Assembly: GCA_951406725.2 (NCBI GenBank)
Contig: OX597819.1
Coordinates: 119,846,001-119,910,000 of the forward strand
Length of the DNA stretch: 64,000 bases
Source: Octopus vulgaris
Taxonomy: Eukaryota
Reading direction: 5' to 3'
Under the pieces are notes generated by a model. It was not told the origin of the DNA. It did not search any database and was given only the letters and a program-made list of their open reading frames with translations. Shown in pieces: positions 13,593 to 27,757 of this stretch. Each line of letters begins with the position of its first letter. The first letter of the stretch is position 1. Both the position numbers and the translations under genes were made by a program.

Positions 13593-13885
13593 CTACTACT
13601 ACTATGGCAATCCCTCAAGGTCGAGGATGATGGTCTTCGCGCAAATTTATTGGTGAGTCCGCAGGTGACTGATAAGACCAATTCTTGCTCGAAAAGATCG
13701 GTCACAGTGCGGACATCTAGTGCCGGAAGGGAGAGTCGCACGTGGTTGTTGTTGGCGCTCCTTCCGTCGTCGTCTTTTCTCCTCCAGCTCTGCAGACCTC
13801 TTCGACTCGAAATTCGCCGTTCCCTCATGGATGGTGGTTTTCCAGAGTGGTCTGTTTTTTGCCGTTTCCTCCCAGTTGGTGATTG
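13593..13885 (-). mobile_element. RTE-clade LINE, 5'-truncated 3' end with TSD
   Basis: NWEETAKNRPLWK..CPHCDRSFRARIGLISHLRTHQ*, short UTR, (TAG)n tail, 10-bp TSD acgaggaaca at 13583-13592 and 13886-13895. Confidence 0.92.
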
Positions 13886-14779
13886 ACGAGGAACAAGGAA
13901 GCATGCGAAACAAGATAATGGATATAATAACATACAGGACTCCAATAACGAGCTACGAACAATCTTTAAAAACACTGATATGCAGCTAGTTCTCTCAAAG
14001 CTGTGGGAGAAAGGCCAGCGTCAACCGTACTGAAGTTGAATATTTTGGCATTTTACAAGAGCCATGGAATTTCTGGATGTCCAAGATATAGGATTCCAAA
14101 TTTCTTGACCAATCTACATTTTTCTCTGAAAGGTGTCCGCAGATTATGAAGCAAGAAGGCCAATTTGAATCGGTGACACAGATAGTTCATCAACTCTTAA
14201 TAATATTTAGACAACTAAGAGAAGAAAGTCAATATAACAGAGGCACATACATTTTAACCACAAATTGGTAATGTTGGAAAATATTTTTTTTTCTTTCACT
14301 CGGGAAGAAGCGGTGGAGCGGCTCGACGAAACGTAAGAAACTCGAAACCACAACTTTCGGTGCATTTTAAGGTTATTTTCATGCATAATATTTGTTTTGG
14401 TTTCTTAAAGATCTCTGAGAAATTTCAAATGGTAAGACGGCAGAATTGTAAATCGGAAGCAAAAGCAATGTGTAAAAATTTCACTTTAAGTTATTCTCTT
14501 TTGGAATAAAAATGGCTTAATACACTTTATGAGTGCTTGGATATTCAATTACATATGACCATGTTCGGAAAATGTTCAAGTCTTTTTCAGAAATGGTGAA
14601 CATTGCTGATATTGAACAGGCCAATATTAAACTCGCAGTATCATAATACAAAGTTGATATGAACAACAAGTCAGTAAAATGGCAGTTATCAGTCTTCAGA
14701 GAATATTTCCCCTTTCAAAAATTCCCAGGACGTACAAGAAATGTGCTGGAAATAATTCGGTTTATTTGTAATCACAGCT

Positions 14780-15140
14780 GATCGAAGTATTAGCCAGTAT
14801 TTCTTTCACACTTTCATCCGTCTTTACATTAGGGATCGACTTTGCGTTTCATCCTATCGTGATCGTTGAAATAAGTACTAGTTTAATACAGGGGTCGATG
14901 TAATCGACTTACCCACTCCTCTAAAACTGCTGGTCTTGTGCCAAAACTTGACGCCATTATTTCTTCCACACATCCGTCCGTCTTTATATTCTGAGTTCAT
15001 TTTTTGCTGAGATTGACTTTGCCTTTCGTTCTTCAGAATCGATAAAATAAGTACCAATTGAGCACTGGGATTGATGTAATCGACTTATTCCTTCCCAGAA
15101 CTTGCAGAACTCACCTGTGACAAACTTTGAAACCAATATT
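14780..15140 (+). mobile_element. SINE family C, degenerate tandem pair
   Basis: Two copies of gactttgc..tttc..aataagtac..gatgtaatcgactta. Confidence 0.7.
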
Positions 15141-15888
15141 ACTTTCACCGTTGAAGTGTATTTGATAATGTTTATCACGAACAATCACACTATATTTTAA
15201 AAGGGAGATATCTATCTCTACAATATATGACTGAAAAATATGACAGGTTAAGGAATTTAAAACAAAATTTCCGTGGGCTTCGTGTTTGGAAAAGAATGAG
15301 AAGATGTATTCTATAAAATGCAATTCTTGCAGTTTCTATTTCCATAGGTGTTTAACGTGAAAAATGATGTTAAATATACTCTTAGCAATGTTTTCCGTCA
15401 TTCGTTTAAGATGTCTCAAGCATGTATATATATAAAACGTGATTTACATTCACAACTCATAACTCAAAAATTGCCAGATGTAGGAAATTTTTCGCGTTAT
15501 TATTGACATAATATGTATGATAACCCATGGCAACAACATAAACCAACAACTGGTTTTATACTGATTAAATTATGTTGAATTTGAAGTGAACTATCATCGA
15601 CCGGACATATCGATGATGATATCAATGATATCGAAAGCTCGTTGATGTTAGCAAAGTTTTAACTGGATGGCCAAGTTTGAGGGATTTCTCAAAATTAAGC
15701 CACGATATACTTGCATGGGTTGCAAGATATTTGACATTGGTGGATGTTGCCTTTTTGTTGCTGTACTGAGGTCATTGCACCACTCTTTATCGTATCATTA
15801 TCTCTAATTAACTTTTTTTCTGCTACCCATATTAGCACTACCAATAAGTGGGTTATTTAAACTTTCAACACAAGACATATACAATAAC

Positions 15889-15957
<69 letters not shown>

Positions 15958-16107
15958 CATATACAAACATATATACATATATAGATAGATAGGTACACAC
16001 ACACACTTATGTATTCATATGTATATACATATACCTACAGACACACACAAATACACATATATATACATCTATCTATATAGATAAATAGATATATAAATAT
16101 ACATGTA

Positions 16108-16147
<40 letters not shown>

Positions 16148-16167
16148 ACTATATACACATTTATATA

Positions 16168-16247
<80 letters not shown>

Positions 16248-17156
16248 TATATACATATATAGGCGTGTGTGTGTTCGTGTACGCGCGTGTGTAAATGATA
16301 GCTTTTACTATGAAATCTCAATCACGATCTTCTTTTGCGTGGACTTTTCGTCTTATAGCGCTGCTCCTATTCATAAATACAGGATTCTGAATAATATTAT
16401 GTAAAATATCCGTTGAAAAAAAAAAATAATCATAAAAGGCTCATCTGAATATTACAGGAAACATAATTTTACTTTAGTTTCGATGGTGATATTTATCTTT
16501 TCATTTTAATTCAATACATCAAGAATAATTATAACAAGACATTTTTAATATTTGAACTCCAATGGAAGTGAAATTTTTATTTCTGTTAATAAAACCATCA
16601 TTGTGAATATTCAAAGAATTATGACATTAATTGTTTTATTTTTTCTGTCAAAATCATACATAATTTTGTTCAATACTTTTCAAACTCCAATTGTGTATAT
16701 TTGAGAAAAGTGGGAATATATTAAAAGAAAAGTGAAAAAAAATAAACTACATTCTTATACATGCGTTAGATAATAACTAAGTTCTGACGTGCATAAATTA
16801 TTTTAGTGTGGCCAACTTGAATTGAAATATTGCCAAATGTAGATTCTGTGTGCTTGCGTATGCACATACAAATCTCTTCCTGGCTTATCATATCTTTCTT
16901 ACTCACTTCCAGTCTATCTCTCTTTCTCGCTCTCTCACTCTTGTTATCACACTCGGTCTCTCTCCCTTCTCTCGCTCCTCTCTCTCTATCTCTTTCTTTC
17001 CTTCTCTACATACACATACATATTGACATATATGAGAAAAGAAATAGATAGATATAGACATATACATTAATTATACACATATGAATACATACACACATGT
17101 ACATTTACACGCATATATACTAACATACATTCACACACTTGGATATATATATATAT

Positions 17157-17222
<66 letters not shown>

Positions 17223-17331
17223 CTATATGCGTATATGTATGTATATAAGTATGTATGTGTGTATATGCACATGTGTGTACGTATTCATAGATGTTTAAGT
17301 AATGTATATATCTATATTTGTATCTCTGTCG

Positions 17332-17406
<75 letters not shown>

Positions 17407-17424
17407 ATGTGTGTGTGTGTGCTT

Positions 17425-17462
<38 letters not shown>

Positions 17463-18015
17463 TTTGTATATAAATGCATATATATGTATATATATGTGTG
17501 TGTGTATATATATATATAAATGTATTTATATATAATGTGTGTGTATATATATATGTATACACACGCACACACACACATATATATATATAATCGTATGCAG
17601 TTGATGAATTATTATAAGGTCATTGTCTTCGATTCAGTATTATATGAGCTTGCGTGTGTATGTGTATGTGTATGTGTGTGTCTGTATGCGTTTGTATGTT
17701 TTTTCATGTATATGTATCAATGCATGCAAGCAGCTTAAGTTGCATAGTTAACCAGAAAAACACCACAGAAATATAACAAAAATACTTAACATCATAACTT
17801 TTCCAAGATCTAATGATTTTCAGTAAATACTCATTTTCCTTGCCTTTCTCTTTCTTCCGCTGTCTCTATTTTCCACTATATTTGAATTATAATTCTTGCG
17901 ATATGAATTCATGTATGTGCGTTCGCATGTGAGTGCGCTTGCGTGTTTATGTGTGCCCGCGCGTCCATGTTTCTATGTGTATTTATAGGTGTATATTTAT
18001 ATATGTAAATATATA

Positions 18016-18050
<35 letters not shown>

Positions 18051-18324
18051 CATGTGATTGTATGTGCGTGTGTATATGTATATAATATGCATTGTACTGT
18101 GATAGTTTCAGTGCAAGACTGCAATAAATTCTGTAGAATACAATTCGAAAGTGAAAGTAAAGAAAAAAAAACACATTGGTAGACAAGAGTTCTATGATGA
18201 AGTATCGTCTCTGTCACAAGTACTATAAATTATAATTTAAAATGCATTACGCACTTGACGATGATGAGGAGGATGAGGGGAAGATAGGAGAAAGTAGAGG
18301 AGATGGAGGAGGATGAAGATGATT

Positions 18325-18541
18325 ATACTTATTTCAAATTTTTGCCACAAGGGGGAGCTTGAGGTAGGTGGGGGTGAGTCGATTACATTGACCTCTAGTG
18401 TTCAACTGGTACTTATTTTATCGAGTCCGAAAAGATGGAAGGCAAAGACGTCCTCGGCAGAATTTTAACTCAGAACGTAGCGATGGTTGAAATACCGCTA
18501 AGCATTTCGTCCAGCGTGTTAACGATTCTGACAGCTCACCA
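18325..18541 (-). mobile_element. SINE family C
   Basis: Reverse complement of the GAGCTGGCAGAA..TTCTGAGTTCAAATTC..GCCTTTCATCC unit. Confidence 0.85.
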
Positions 18542-18836
18542 CGTTCATGAACATGATTATAATGATGGTGATGATGACGACGGCGATGACAAGGAAGAGG
18601 AGTAAGGGGAAGAGAAGGAGGAAGAGGTGGAGGAGGAGGAGGAGGGGGAGGAGGAGTATGAATATCATGATGATGGTTATGACGACGACGATGCCAACGT
18701 CGATGATGATGATGAGGGGGAGGAGGAAGATTCGATACGATTTACAGTAATGATTCTCACAGAAATGTCTGAAAGTGAATATTTACAGGAGAAATAATCG
18801 AAATCTAGAATCAACTCATGGGGTACGAGGAACATA

Positions 18837-19357
18837 CCATAAATCCTCGAGTATAGTCCGCCCTTGGGTATAATACGCAGGGCATTTTTAGGGGGCTGTA
18901 CCTCTGAAAAACCTAAACCTTGTGTATAATACACTCTCCTTCTCTAACTTGAGTCAAGGAGGTCTCTATATAACGTCCTTGGTTTGTAAAACTGTATACG
19001 GTAACGTCCTTTATTATTATTGTATATATAACATAATGCAAACGTGTAGCTTTTTTCTACATTTTGTTTACAGAAAGTAAAGAAATAACAGTACTACCGT
19101 TTAATAACTGTTGCTTACTGCAAGTTATGGATGAGCCTTTTATGGATGAGCCTTTCATTGTTTTCAGGTTTAGCTTAAGGTATTTTCGTGCCCGACATCA
19201 CAAAAGGCGTCTGAATAAACATTGCCGGACAGCAAATAGAGCCTCGGACATTGCTGAGAAAATAATTTTCATTTTTAACCTCGTGTATAGTACGCACTGG
19301 GGATTTTGACCTTTAAATTTTGGGGAAAAAATGCGGATTATACTCGAGGATTTGCAG
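18837..19357. mobile_element. Tc1/mariner-superfamily (Tc2/pogo-like) MITE
   Basis: TIRs CCATAAATCCTCGAGTATAGTCCGC / GCGGATTATACTCGAGGATTTGCAG, TA on both flanks, subterminal gtataatacgca repeats. Confidence 0.85.
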
Positions 19358-20474
19358 TATATAAAGTAAATATGGGGCGCAGGAAAATGTCCCAGATTCA
19401 CATCTCACTAAATATTTTAACAGCACACGCACGTTGTGCGCTGATAAAAAACGTTAACTAAGAAAAAGAAACGATAAATCTTCTGTTACCATCTGCTTCA
19501 CCTCATTATCACGAAACAAATGACTGTAAAATATAAGACGTTTTTCGGTCGCAATCAATATTTAAGTCCTTGCTACATAGAACACTAAGAAACAGTTTGT
19601 GTACCTTTGTGTCACCTGTAACATATGTGTCTTGTGATATGAGCATCAAACCTTCTCAACGCCACTGCTGGACAATTCCCGCTAGCTACTGATAAATGTT
19701 TTCAAAACAGTAAATATATAGGCTATTAGTTTACCTTCCGTGACGTAAATGCATTAAGTATGATGCAGAGATGGCTGTTTTAATCTAATAACGCTTCAGT
19801 CGCGCATAACGATTTTTTAACAGTTATAATTATTTTATCATGTACAGCGGATGCGACCCGTCGTTGAAGAGGTTTTATAAGCCTGAAGCTTACATGGAAT
19901 TGTCGTTTGCACTTGCCAAAAAAAAAAAAAAAAATACAATAAAGCCATCACGTAGCTCAGGGTTACTTCACCTCAGTACAAAAGTACAATTCAATAATTT
20001 GATTTTCTTTTTTCGTTTGTTATGTTGTTTGATATAGCTAAACTGTGTAGTCCGTTGGTTTCAAAAGAGATTGATTGATTATTGCCGGGTCTGTAGTTCA
20101 TTGATTAGCCAATAACTAAAGTGGGGGGGCTCGTGGTAGGTGGTTGTTTTGTCCCGAAAAAACATGTATTGTTTCTCAAACAAGAAAACACATACACACA
20201 CACACACACGTAACACACATATATTACATTTGACACACAAATACGTACGCAGACACAGGTATATATACGTGTATGAGTACAAAAACAGATACATGCATAT
20301 ATAATACGATATGTATATCGGTGTGTATGTGTATGAATAAACACACATACAAACACATACAAACGCACACATACAAATAACCACACGGATATATATGTGT
20401 ATATATATATATACATATATATATAATATGTATATATATGTATGCATATATATATATATGGATATGTATACACT

Positions 20475-20522
<48 letters not shown>

Positions 20523-20679
20523 CATATATATGGATATGTATACACGCACATATATTTATATATCTGTATGTATATATATATACATATATATGTATATATG
20601 TATGTATATATATATATATATATATGTGCGTGTATACATATCCATATATATATATATATATAGGCATACATATATATAC

Positions 20680-20812
<133 letters not shown>

Positions 20813-21367
20813 CTATATGTGTGGTGGGTGTCGGCTTCATGTCATTTCTATATTTATGCGTACAGAAATAGGATGTCTAAAACAAAACATAAAAAGACCG
20901 ATATTTCTAGATAAATCGATAAATAGATAATACACATTGATATTACAGGAGAGATGTTTTGTCCTACGGCCGATTAAAAACTGTCTGGCATTATTAGATG
21001 ATGAAACATTTCTAGATAAGGAAATTGCTTTACCTCCCCAGTCTCATTCGGCAGTAATTGTGTCCTCACAAAACATGATTTCTGTCGCACAAATAGGCTC
21101 CAGGCATATCAACTTTTTCGAAAATACATCTACAATTTTATACACGGTAAACACAAGTCAATTAATGTTAGTAATTGTACGTGGGTTCATACCTGCTTGT
21201 TATAAAAGCTATGCTCGCTCAACTAACACCAATCAAGAAGGACTTATTCTTAATATATTCCTACTTATTTTGAAAACTCTGAATTTTCAAGGCCTTTATG
21301 CATTTTTATACATTTTGAAACAAACGGCATGTTTCATTCCTATGAAATATTATAAAAAATATAAACG

Positions 21368-21666
21368 TCGCCCTTTTCAAGCCTAGCTAGGCTCATGGGC
21401 CCAGTTTCCCTGTTTCTGTGGCGTATGTGTTACCCTCAGCAGGACGGGACGCCAGTCCATCGCAGCGTTACTCAAGAAACAGGAAGAGAGAGTGAGAGAA
21501 AGTTGTGGCGAAAGAGTACAAGAGGGGTCACCACTACCCCACGCCGGAGCCTCGCGGAGCATTTAGGTGTTTTCGCTCAATAAACACACAACGCCCGGTG
21601 TGGGAATCGAAACCGTGATCCACCAACCGCGAGTCCGCTCCCCTAACCACTGGGCCATTGCGCTTC
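21368..21666 (-). mobile_element. SINE family B, tail type X
   Basis: Head and body as at 4437; tail GCTGCGATGGACTGGCGTCCCGTCC..GGGCCCATGAGCC. Confidence 0.9.
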
Positions 21667-22057
21667 CATGAAATAGTATACTTCTATATAAATTCTATTG
21701 ACTATTGTTTACGTCAAATGATTTTCACTACATTGTTTATCTCTACGTCTTCTAACTTGAGCTTGCAGGGCTTGTGAGGAGGCTCATTCTCAGAAAGTTC
21801 AAAATATATCCATTGCTTTCTGCTATGATGTCAACATTTTCCCTAAATTTGGTGTACATGACTGTCCGTCTTGCTCTATACTTTGGAGTTTCAAAGAGAA
21901 TATAACAGAATTTCTATTATATGAAATCAAGTATAATGCAACTTAAACGATGTTTTTGGACCCTCTAATATACCATCTTTGTACGGGTGGTGCTGTTACT
22001 TATAATATTCCTCATTCCCTATCGTAGAAATGTGCATATGCGTATCAAATGTATATA

Positions 22058-22126
<69 letters not shown>

Positions 22127-22765
22127 GGGAGAGTTGATTAAAAAAAACAAAAGACAAAGACAGGTGGTGTCCAAAACAAAGAGATGTATTAGTATAACGC
22201 TCAGGAATAGAAAAAGTCTTTTATGTTTCGAGCCCACGCTCTTCTACAGAAAGGGACACAGAAAAAACAAGGAGAGAAAATATGTGTAGTGGCTAACGGT
22301 CGTGTTTATCGACTTTCAACATGGCTGTTTCTTAGGAACCGAGGTTAATACCATTTTAACTTCCGGCTGGTTATTCATTGCTATCTGCACCCGATATATA
22401 TCGCCATGTTGAAGTGGCGATAAACATTACTTCTCAGTAAAGTTAATTCTTTCATCTCTTATAGAGATTATCTTACTAGCTAATCTGGTCGCTGCAAGCT
22501 CAATGTCTGAGTGTCACTTATTTTCTATATATTACGAGATGGAATGAATTACCGCTATCTCTAACTAACGAGTATCCACCACCGATGATGTCTACTGAGA
22601 GGGCGAAACCGTAAGGTCTGGTGGTCTCGTGGCTGGAAGATGGTAGGGGTTCACTCAGTTGCTTGCAATATATATCAGGTGCCGATTGCACCGAATAACC
22701 ATCTAGAAGATGCGCAGTTATTGCTTTCATCTGTTACAGAGATATGTTCTAACTAGCTAATATGC
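22127..22765. mobile_element. Penelope-like non-coding fragment(s) embedded in (TA)n
   Basis: Terminus GGGAGAG..AAAAGACAAAGACAGGTGG..GATGTATTAGTATAACGC is shared with 25460-25783 and 49403-49610. Internal direct and inverted repeats and a hammerhead motif are present. Confidence 0.6.
22569..22629 (+). ncRNA. Type I hammerhead ribozyme-like motif (CCGAUGA core variant)
   Basis: CCACCA-CCGATGA-stem II-GAAA-CC(GTAA)GG-TC^-TGGTGG: 6-bp perfect stem I, GNRA-capped stem III, GUC triplet. Confidence 0.7.
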
Positions 22766-22776
22766 TATTCATATAA

Positions 22777-22836
<60 letters not shown>

Positions 22837-24342
22837 GTATATATGTATATATGTATGTACGAATGTGTATGTATTGATGTGTGTGTGTGTATGTATGTAT
22901 AACTGCATATGGTCTTTTAATCGTCTGATTTACGCTTCTTTCACTAAAGGTCGTTTCAATAACAATTCCTTGTATCTTTGTAAGATTTTGGCGATGTTCA
23001 TAGAGTTTGCATGGATTCTCGCTTTTATTAAGATGCTACAGGGTATACATCAGACAATGGCTTCAATAGTAACAGGAAATTATTGAGCTAGACTTAAAAT
23101 TCTGAAAATCGCATAATCGTATTATCAGTGAATATATAAGAAAAGCTTAAATTATGATTCACAACATAGAGTTAAGTGATTGTCTTCTGTGTATACGCGG
23201 CATGACATCACGTTCCATTCTCTCTTCTGGTTAACATAAATATGTTCTATGCACAATGAACAAATTAGTCTTGTCATTATAGACACATATGTTCGCTTTT
23301 ACTAAGTTATGAAGTACACACTTTAAAATTATTAGCATTTTCATGTCTATATTCACACACACAATTGATGAAGACACCTTTTGAAACTTTATTCACGCAT
23401 TGCATACATGTATGTGTATTTATACGTGTATTATGAAGCTCACTTTGTTCCTTATTTATCAATGTTCATAATTTCAGTAGTGCTTATTTCCTTATGTGCA
23501 TATAAGCAAATTCTGCTATACCTGTCTGTTTATATTTCTTATATCATATACATATGTGTAGGTGTGTGCATGTGTGTTCATGTGCGTATATGCGCATAGC
23601 TATATGATTATATGAAAACATTCATTCAATTCGTAACACAAATCCTGTACGTGTTTCTCCCTTCCTCAGAGCACGTACAAGTTTACATATCAGAAACAAA
23701 CGAGCAATTCATGACAAATGGGCTGAACATTGTCAAAATGATATGTTACAGTTCATACAACATAAACCAGAAATCTAGTGAGAATCGGGTGGTGATCCTC
23801 ATCAATACCGCTCTTCGTGATTTTCCAAAGCCGAAATGAATATATGAAGCAGTAAGGTCACAGTCAATTGATGAAAAGCCAGTTTTGTAATCGCCATAAC
23901 TGAACATCAGAGTTGTGTCTTGGGAGTAAGATATTCTCCGTGAGGACACAATGCAAATATGAACAATACGCTTCAGTTTTCATTTTACCTCTCGTCTCTT
24001 TTATATTTCATCATTTTCAATTGCCGTTGCTTGTAGATCGTATATACACAAACATACACATACACATATATTTGTATGTTTATACATATTAATGTGTATG
24101 TATATACTTTATTATGAAAGCTGCAAGACCATCACATAATTATCACAAAAACTGTTTCTAAGACAGTTGTGTTCTCAATAACAACTGTCCAACGAACGGG
24201 AACGGGAAACTTTGAGTGCAAATTTTTCTGACATCTTTGTGGTGTTTTTGCAGTTTAAATCATAAAGCATTTTACTCTATCTCCGGTATTCAAGTACTAT
24301 TTCTTCCCACCTCACCTTGATTCACATTTATATGCTTACTTT

Positions 24343-24394
<52 letters not shown>

Positions 24395-24396
<2 letters not shown>

Positions 24397-24633
24397 TAAA
24401 TATAAATGCAGATGTCTTTAAAATGAAGCTGGATCTCTTCCTGTCAGGTGTCCCAGATGAACCAACTTCACGGCAGGAGGGGCAGATGAGGGCAGCTGCA
24501 TCGAACTCTCTCATGTACCAAATGGCAGTTGCTAGAAAGCTTTCGTGAAGTGAAACCAAGTAGCAACACCAAATGGCGGTGCCCCAGCATGGCCACAGCT
24601 CATAAGCTGAAACTAGAATCAATTAATCAATCA

Positions 24634-24636
<3 letters not shown>
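24395..24636 (+). mobile_element. CR1-group (Zenon-like) LINE 3' end; candidate partner of SINE A
   Basis: DVFKMKLDLFLSGVPDEP..AAASNSL..*; 3'UTR GGCGGTGCCCCAGCATGGCCACAGCTCATAAGCTGAAAC; (ATCA)n tail. Confidence 0.8.
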
Positions 24637-24682
<46 letters not shown>

Positions 24683-24686
<4 letters not shown>

Positions 24687-24855
24687 TTAATAAGGGTGAG
24701 AGAATTAGATACTAATTTAATAGTATATTTATTCCACACCAAGTGGCCTAGTGCTACGAGAAACCTGGATTATTATAATATTTTATAACATATTATAATA
24801 TTTTCACAAAATAAATATAAGAGAGTGGTCACTATATTGATCACTCTCTTATATT

Positions 24856-24862
<7 letters not shown>
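24683..24862 (+). mobile_element. Short (TA)n-embedded element with TAAGGGTGAG terminus and terminal hairpin (Penelope-like)
   Basis: Terminus shared with 33672, 35330 and 38110; hairpin aaaataaatataagagagtggtca/tgatcactctcttatatttatttt. Confidence 0.55.
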
Positions 24863-24925
<63 letters not shown>

Positions 24926-25459
24926 CTCTGCATTTAAACTGATGTAATGATTCCATTGTTCAATTAAATGGTGTCGCTTGAAACGGTCGTACTCTACTAC
25001 TACTACTACTGGATATCCTCTTGCTTATTTTGATTTATTCACCTTACTTTGACCTGTACGGATAAGTTGTAAATCCGTTTTATAGGCATAATGGTATATA
25101 TGCAATATTCCAATATCCTTTAAGTAAAATCCAAAAGTCCAACAGAGTTTAATATGAATCCTTCCAAATATAGAGTTTATAAGCAATGCAAGATTCCCTT
25201 ATGATTGAGATCCAGTAGATTTTTAAACTTGGTCATACCCAGTAAGAAATTTATATACAGTTTTGCAGAGTCAAATATTTGTATTTAAAATAACCTAGAA
25301 ATAGGGAGTATATTAGTCTTGTCAAATTGAAAACAGGAAGAGAGGAATGAAATAAAAAGAAAATAAAAAGAGAAAAAAGAGGCGAGAAACAAAAAATGAA
25401 AGACAAAGAGAGAGAGAAGATTAGTAAAAATAAACTCTATATTTGGAAGGACTCATATT

Positions 25460-25783
25460 AAACTCTGTTGGACTTTTGGACTTTACTCGAAGGATATTGG
25501 AATATTGCATATATACCAGTATGCCTATAAAACGGATTTACAACTTCAATACTCATACATATCTTACATCTATTTTCTTTCCTCCACATCACTCTCTATT
25601 TTGTATCACATCTAAACTAACTATGACTTAATTTTCCTCTCACACCGTCTCCGATGAAGGGATATTATTAATTAATATCCTAGAAACGTTAAAATATTTT
25701 TCACTTCCCAAGCGTTATACTAATACATCTGTTTGTCGTCGACACCACCTGTCTTCGTCTTTTGCTTTTTGTGAATTCTCCCT
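25460..25783 (-). mobile_element. Penelope-like fragment with hammerhead-like motif (plus strand 25647-25692)
   Basis: Same terminus as 22127; CCGATGA-AG-GGATATT/AATATCC-TA-GAAACGT. Confidence 0.55.
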
Positions 25784-25788
25784 ATATA

Positions 25789-26171
25789 TCTTTATATATA
25801 AAAGAGAGGTTGTGTGTCTGTCTCCTACGATTTAGATTCCTAACTACTCCCACATTTTGCGGTACAGTTTAACCAAAACCGGGTATCTTATAGTCGTGAT
25901 TCATATCGAGCCCTTCTGGGTATTAGCGCGCGTCTACGATGAGTCTACGATTACCATCATTTTTTCCATTTTAATGCATTTTTTTCGCTATTATATAAGG
26001 GACGTAACTCTTTAAAAATGTCTACGATGAGTCAACGATTTAAAAAAATTTACCATATTTATTTTTCCATTTTTAATGCATTTTTTTGCTAATTTTAGCC
26101 TATAACTCTCTAAAAATGCTTATATAGTTATTTCCCTTACAAACCCGAGCAACGCCAGGCGATACTGCTAG
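25789..26171 (+). mobile_element. Non-autonomous Helitron, complete
   Basis: 5' TCTTTATATATAAAAG, 3' hairpin CCCGAGCAACGCCAGG followed by CTAG, inserted between A and T with no TSD. Confidence 0.88.
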
Positions 26172-26189
26172 TGTATATATATATTATTA

Positions 26190-26392
26190 ATGGCACACTG
26201 ACGTTTACTACGATGAGGGTTTCTGTTGATCCGATGAACGGAGAAGCCTGCTCGTGAAATTAACGTGCATGTAGCTGAGCACGATTTAGACACGTGTACC
26301 CTTAACGTATTTCTGAGGGAGAGTGATCGTGACACAGAGTGTAACATGGTTGGATCTTTGAAATATAGGTACAACTCATTTTTGCCAACTAA
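26190..26392 (-). mobile_element. CORE-type SINE, tail W, 3' part
   Basis: gcctgctcgtgaaattaacgtgca..gacacgtgtacccttaacgt shared with 46738 and 50405. Confidence 0.8.
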
Positions 26393-26595
26393 GAGAATAT
26401 ATACTTTATTGATTTTTAGAATAAGGTTTTCATAGTATATGTGTTCTATATGGTGTGAATAACATCTTTCATTATTGAATTTTTAATAGAGTTTTTTTTT
26501 CTCTAAATTATACGCGCATATTTTATATTGTGAAATTTGATTCAAAATTGTTAAATTGAATTTTTCCCTGTAAGTTTTTGAATTAGAAACCCTAC

Positions 26596-26674
<79 letters not shown>

Positions 26675-26677
26675 TAT

Positions 26678-27362
26678 ATGATCCGTCCTTGTTTTCTTTG
26701 TATTACCTATTTGGTTGTTTTGTTGTCCCTTTCTTTGTTTCACCTAGCTGCCTGGATGTTTTGCGTTCTTGTCTCATTTTGTATTTTTATATATATAAAA
26801 TATACGGCGGCGTACGTACATTTTGGTCTCATATTTGTAAGTATATATTTATCTAAATGTTGTACGACTCAATTCTTTCTATTATTCTTTCCTTCTTTCT
26901 ATCCGCTCTTTCGAACTTACTTCGTTGATTCCACTCTTCGTTCTTTCGTTCCCATTCTCTCACACTTACTTGCCCTCTCTTCATGCTCACTTTCCCTCCT
27001 CTCTTCACTTCACTGTGTCTCTGCCATTCCCCCTTCCTTATTTCTTCTGTCCCTCTGCTTCTACCTCTCTCTGTTCTCTTCCCACGTGACCGGTGTTCGG
27101 CCAAACCTGACCTTTCACTTTGTGCCTGTGAAAACCTGTATCCCTGCCGTAAGGCTTTACTTCCACACACGCCAGCTTAGTTTAATTCGTCCTTAGTTGA
27201 AAGACACCTGTTGTCATGTCCTGTTATTTGTATTTGTGTAACATTCTCCGTTTTTTCTGTCCTTGTTTTCTTTGTATCGTCTATCTGGATGTTTTGTTGT
27301 CCCTTTTTTGTATCACCTAGCTGTTTGGATGCTTTGTATTCCTGTACAATTATGTATTTTAT
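26678..27362. repeat. Unclassified element bounded by about 105-bp direct repeats, next to (TAA)n
   Basis: gtccttgttttctttgtat..cacctagctg..tgtatttt at 26685-26789 and again at 27259-27360. Confidence 0.6.
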
Positions 27363-27757
27363 ATATATATATATACATACAGAATATGGGGGTTTAGTTC
27401 ACATGTGTTCTAAGCAATTATGTACTCTATATATACATATATATATAGTAAGATCGCATGCCCTGTTGTTTGGAGTCTTGCATTCACGATCACGAGATGG
27501 TAGTTTCAATTCCAAGACGGAATAGTATGTTTTGCTCTTGAGCAAAACGTTTACTCGCACGTTGTTCTGCGATAACTTCGACAGCTGAGTCATGATATAT
27601 AGCGCAACTGTTCTGATGACGACTATTCCTTTTAGTGAGTGAGCTAACGTTCGGCACAAACATTTGGACACTATAGACTGTGTGTGTGTGTGTGTGTGTA
27701 TTTGTGTGTGTGTGTGTGTATGTGTGTGTGTGTGTATGTGTGTGTGTGTATGTGTGT

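Noticed and set aside
12850-14720. Possible decayed hAT-like transposase split by the SINE and RTE inserts
   Set aside because: Motif hints are too weak to call by eye.
23612-23949. Acceptor-like tttctcccttcctcag followed by short ORFs
   Set aside because: No recognisable homology; all frames stop early with no linked exons.
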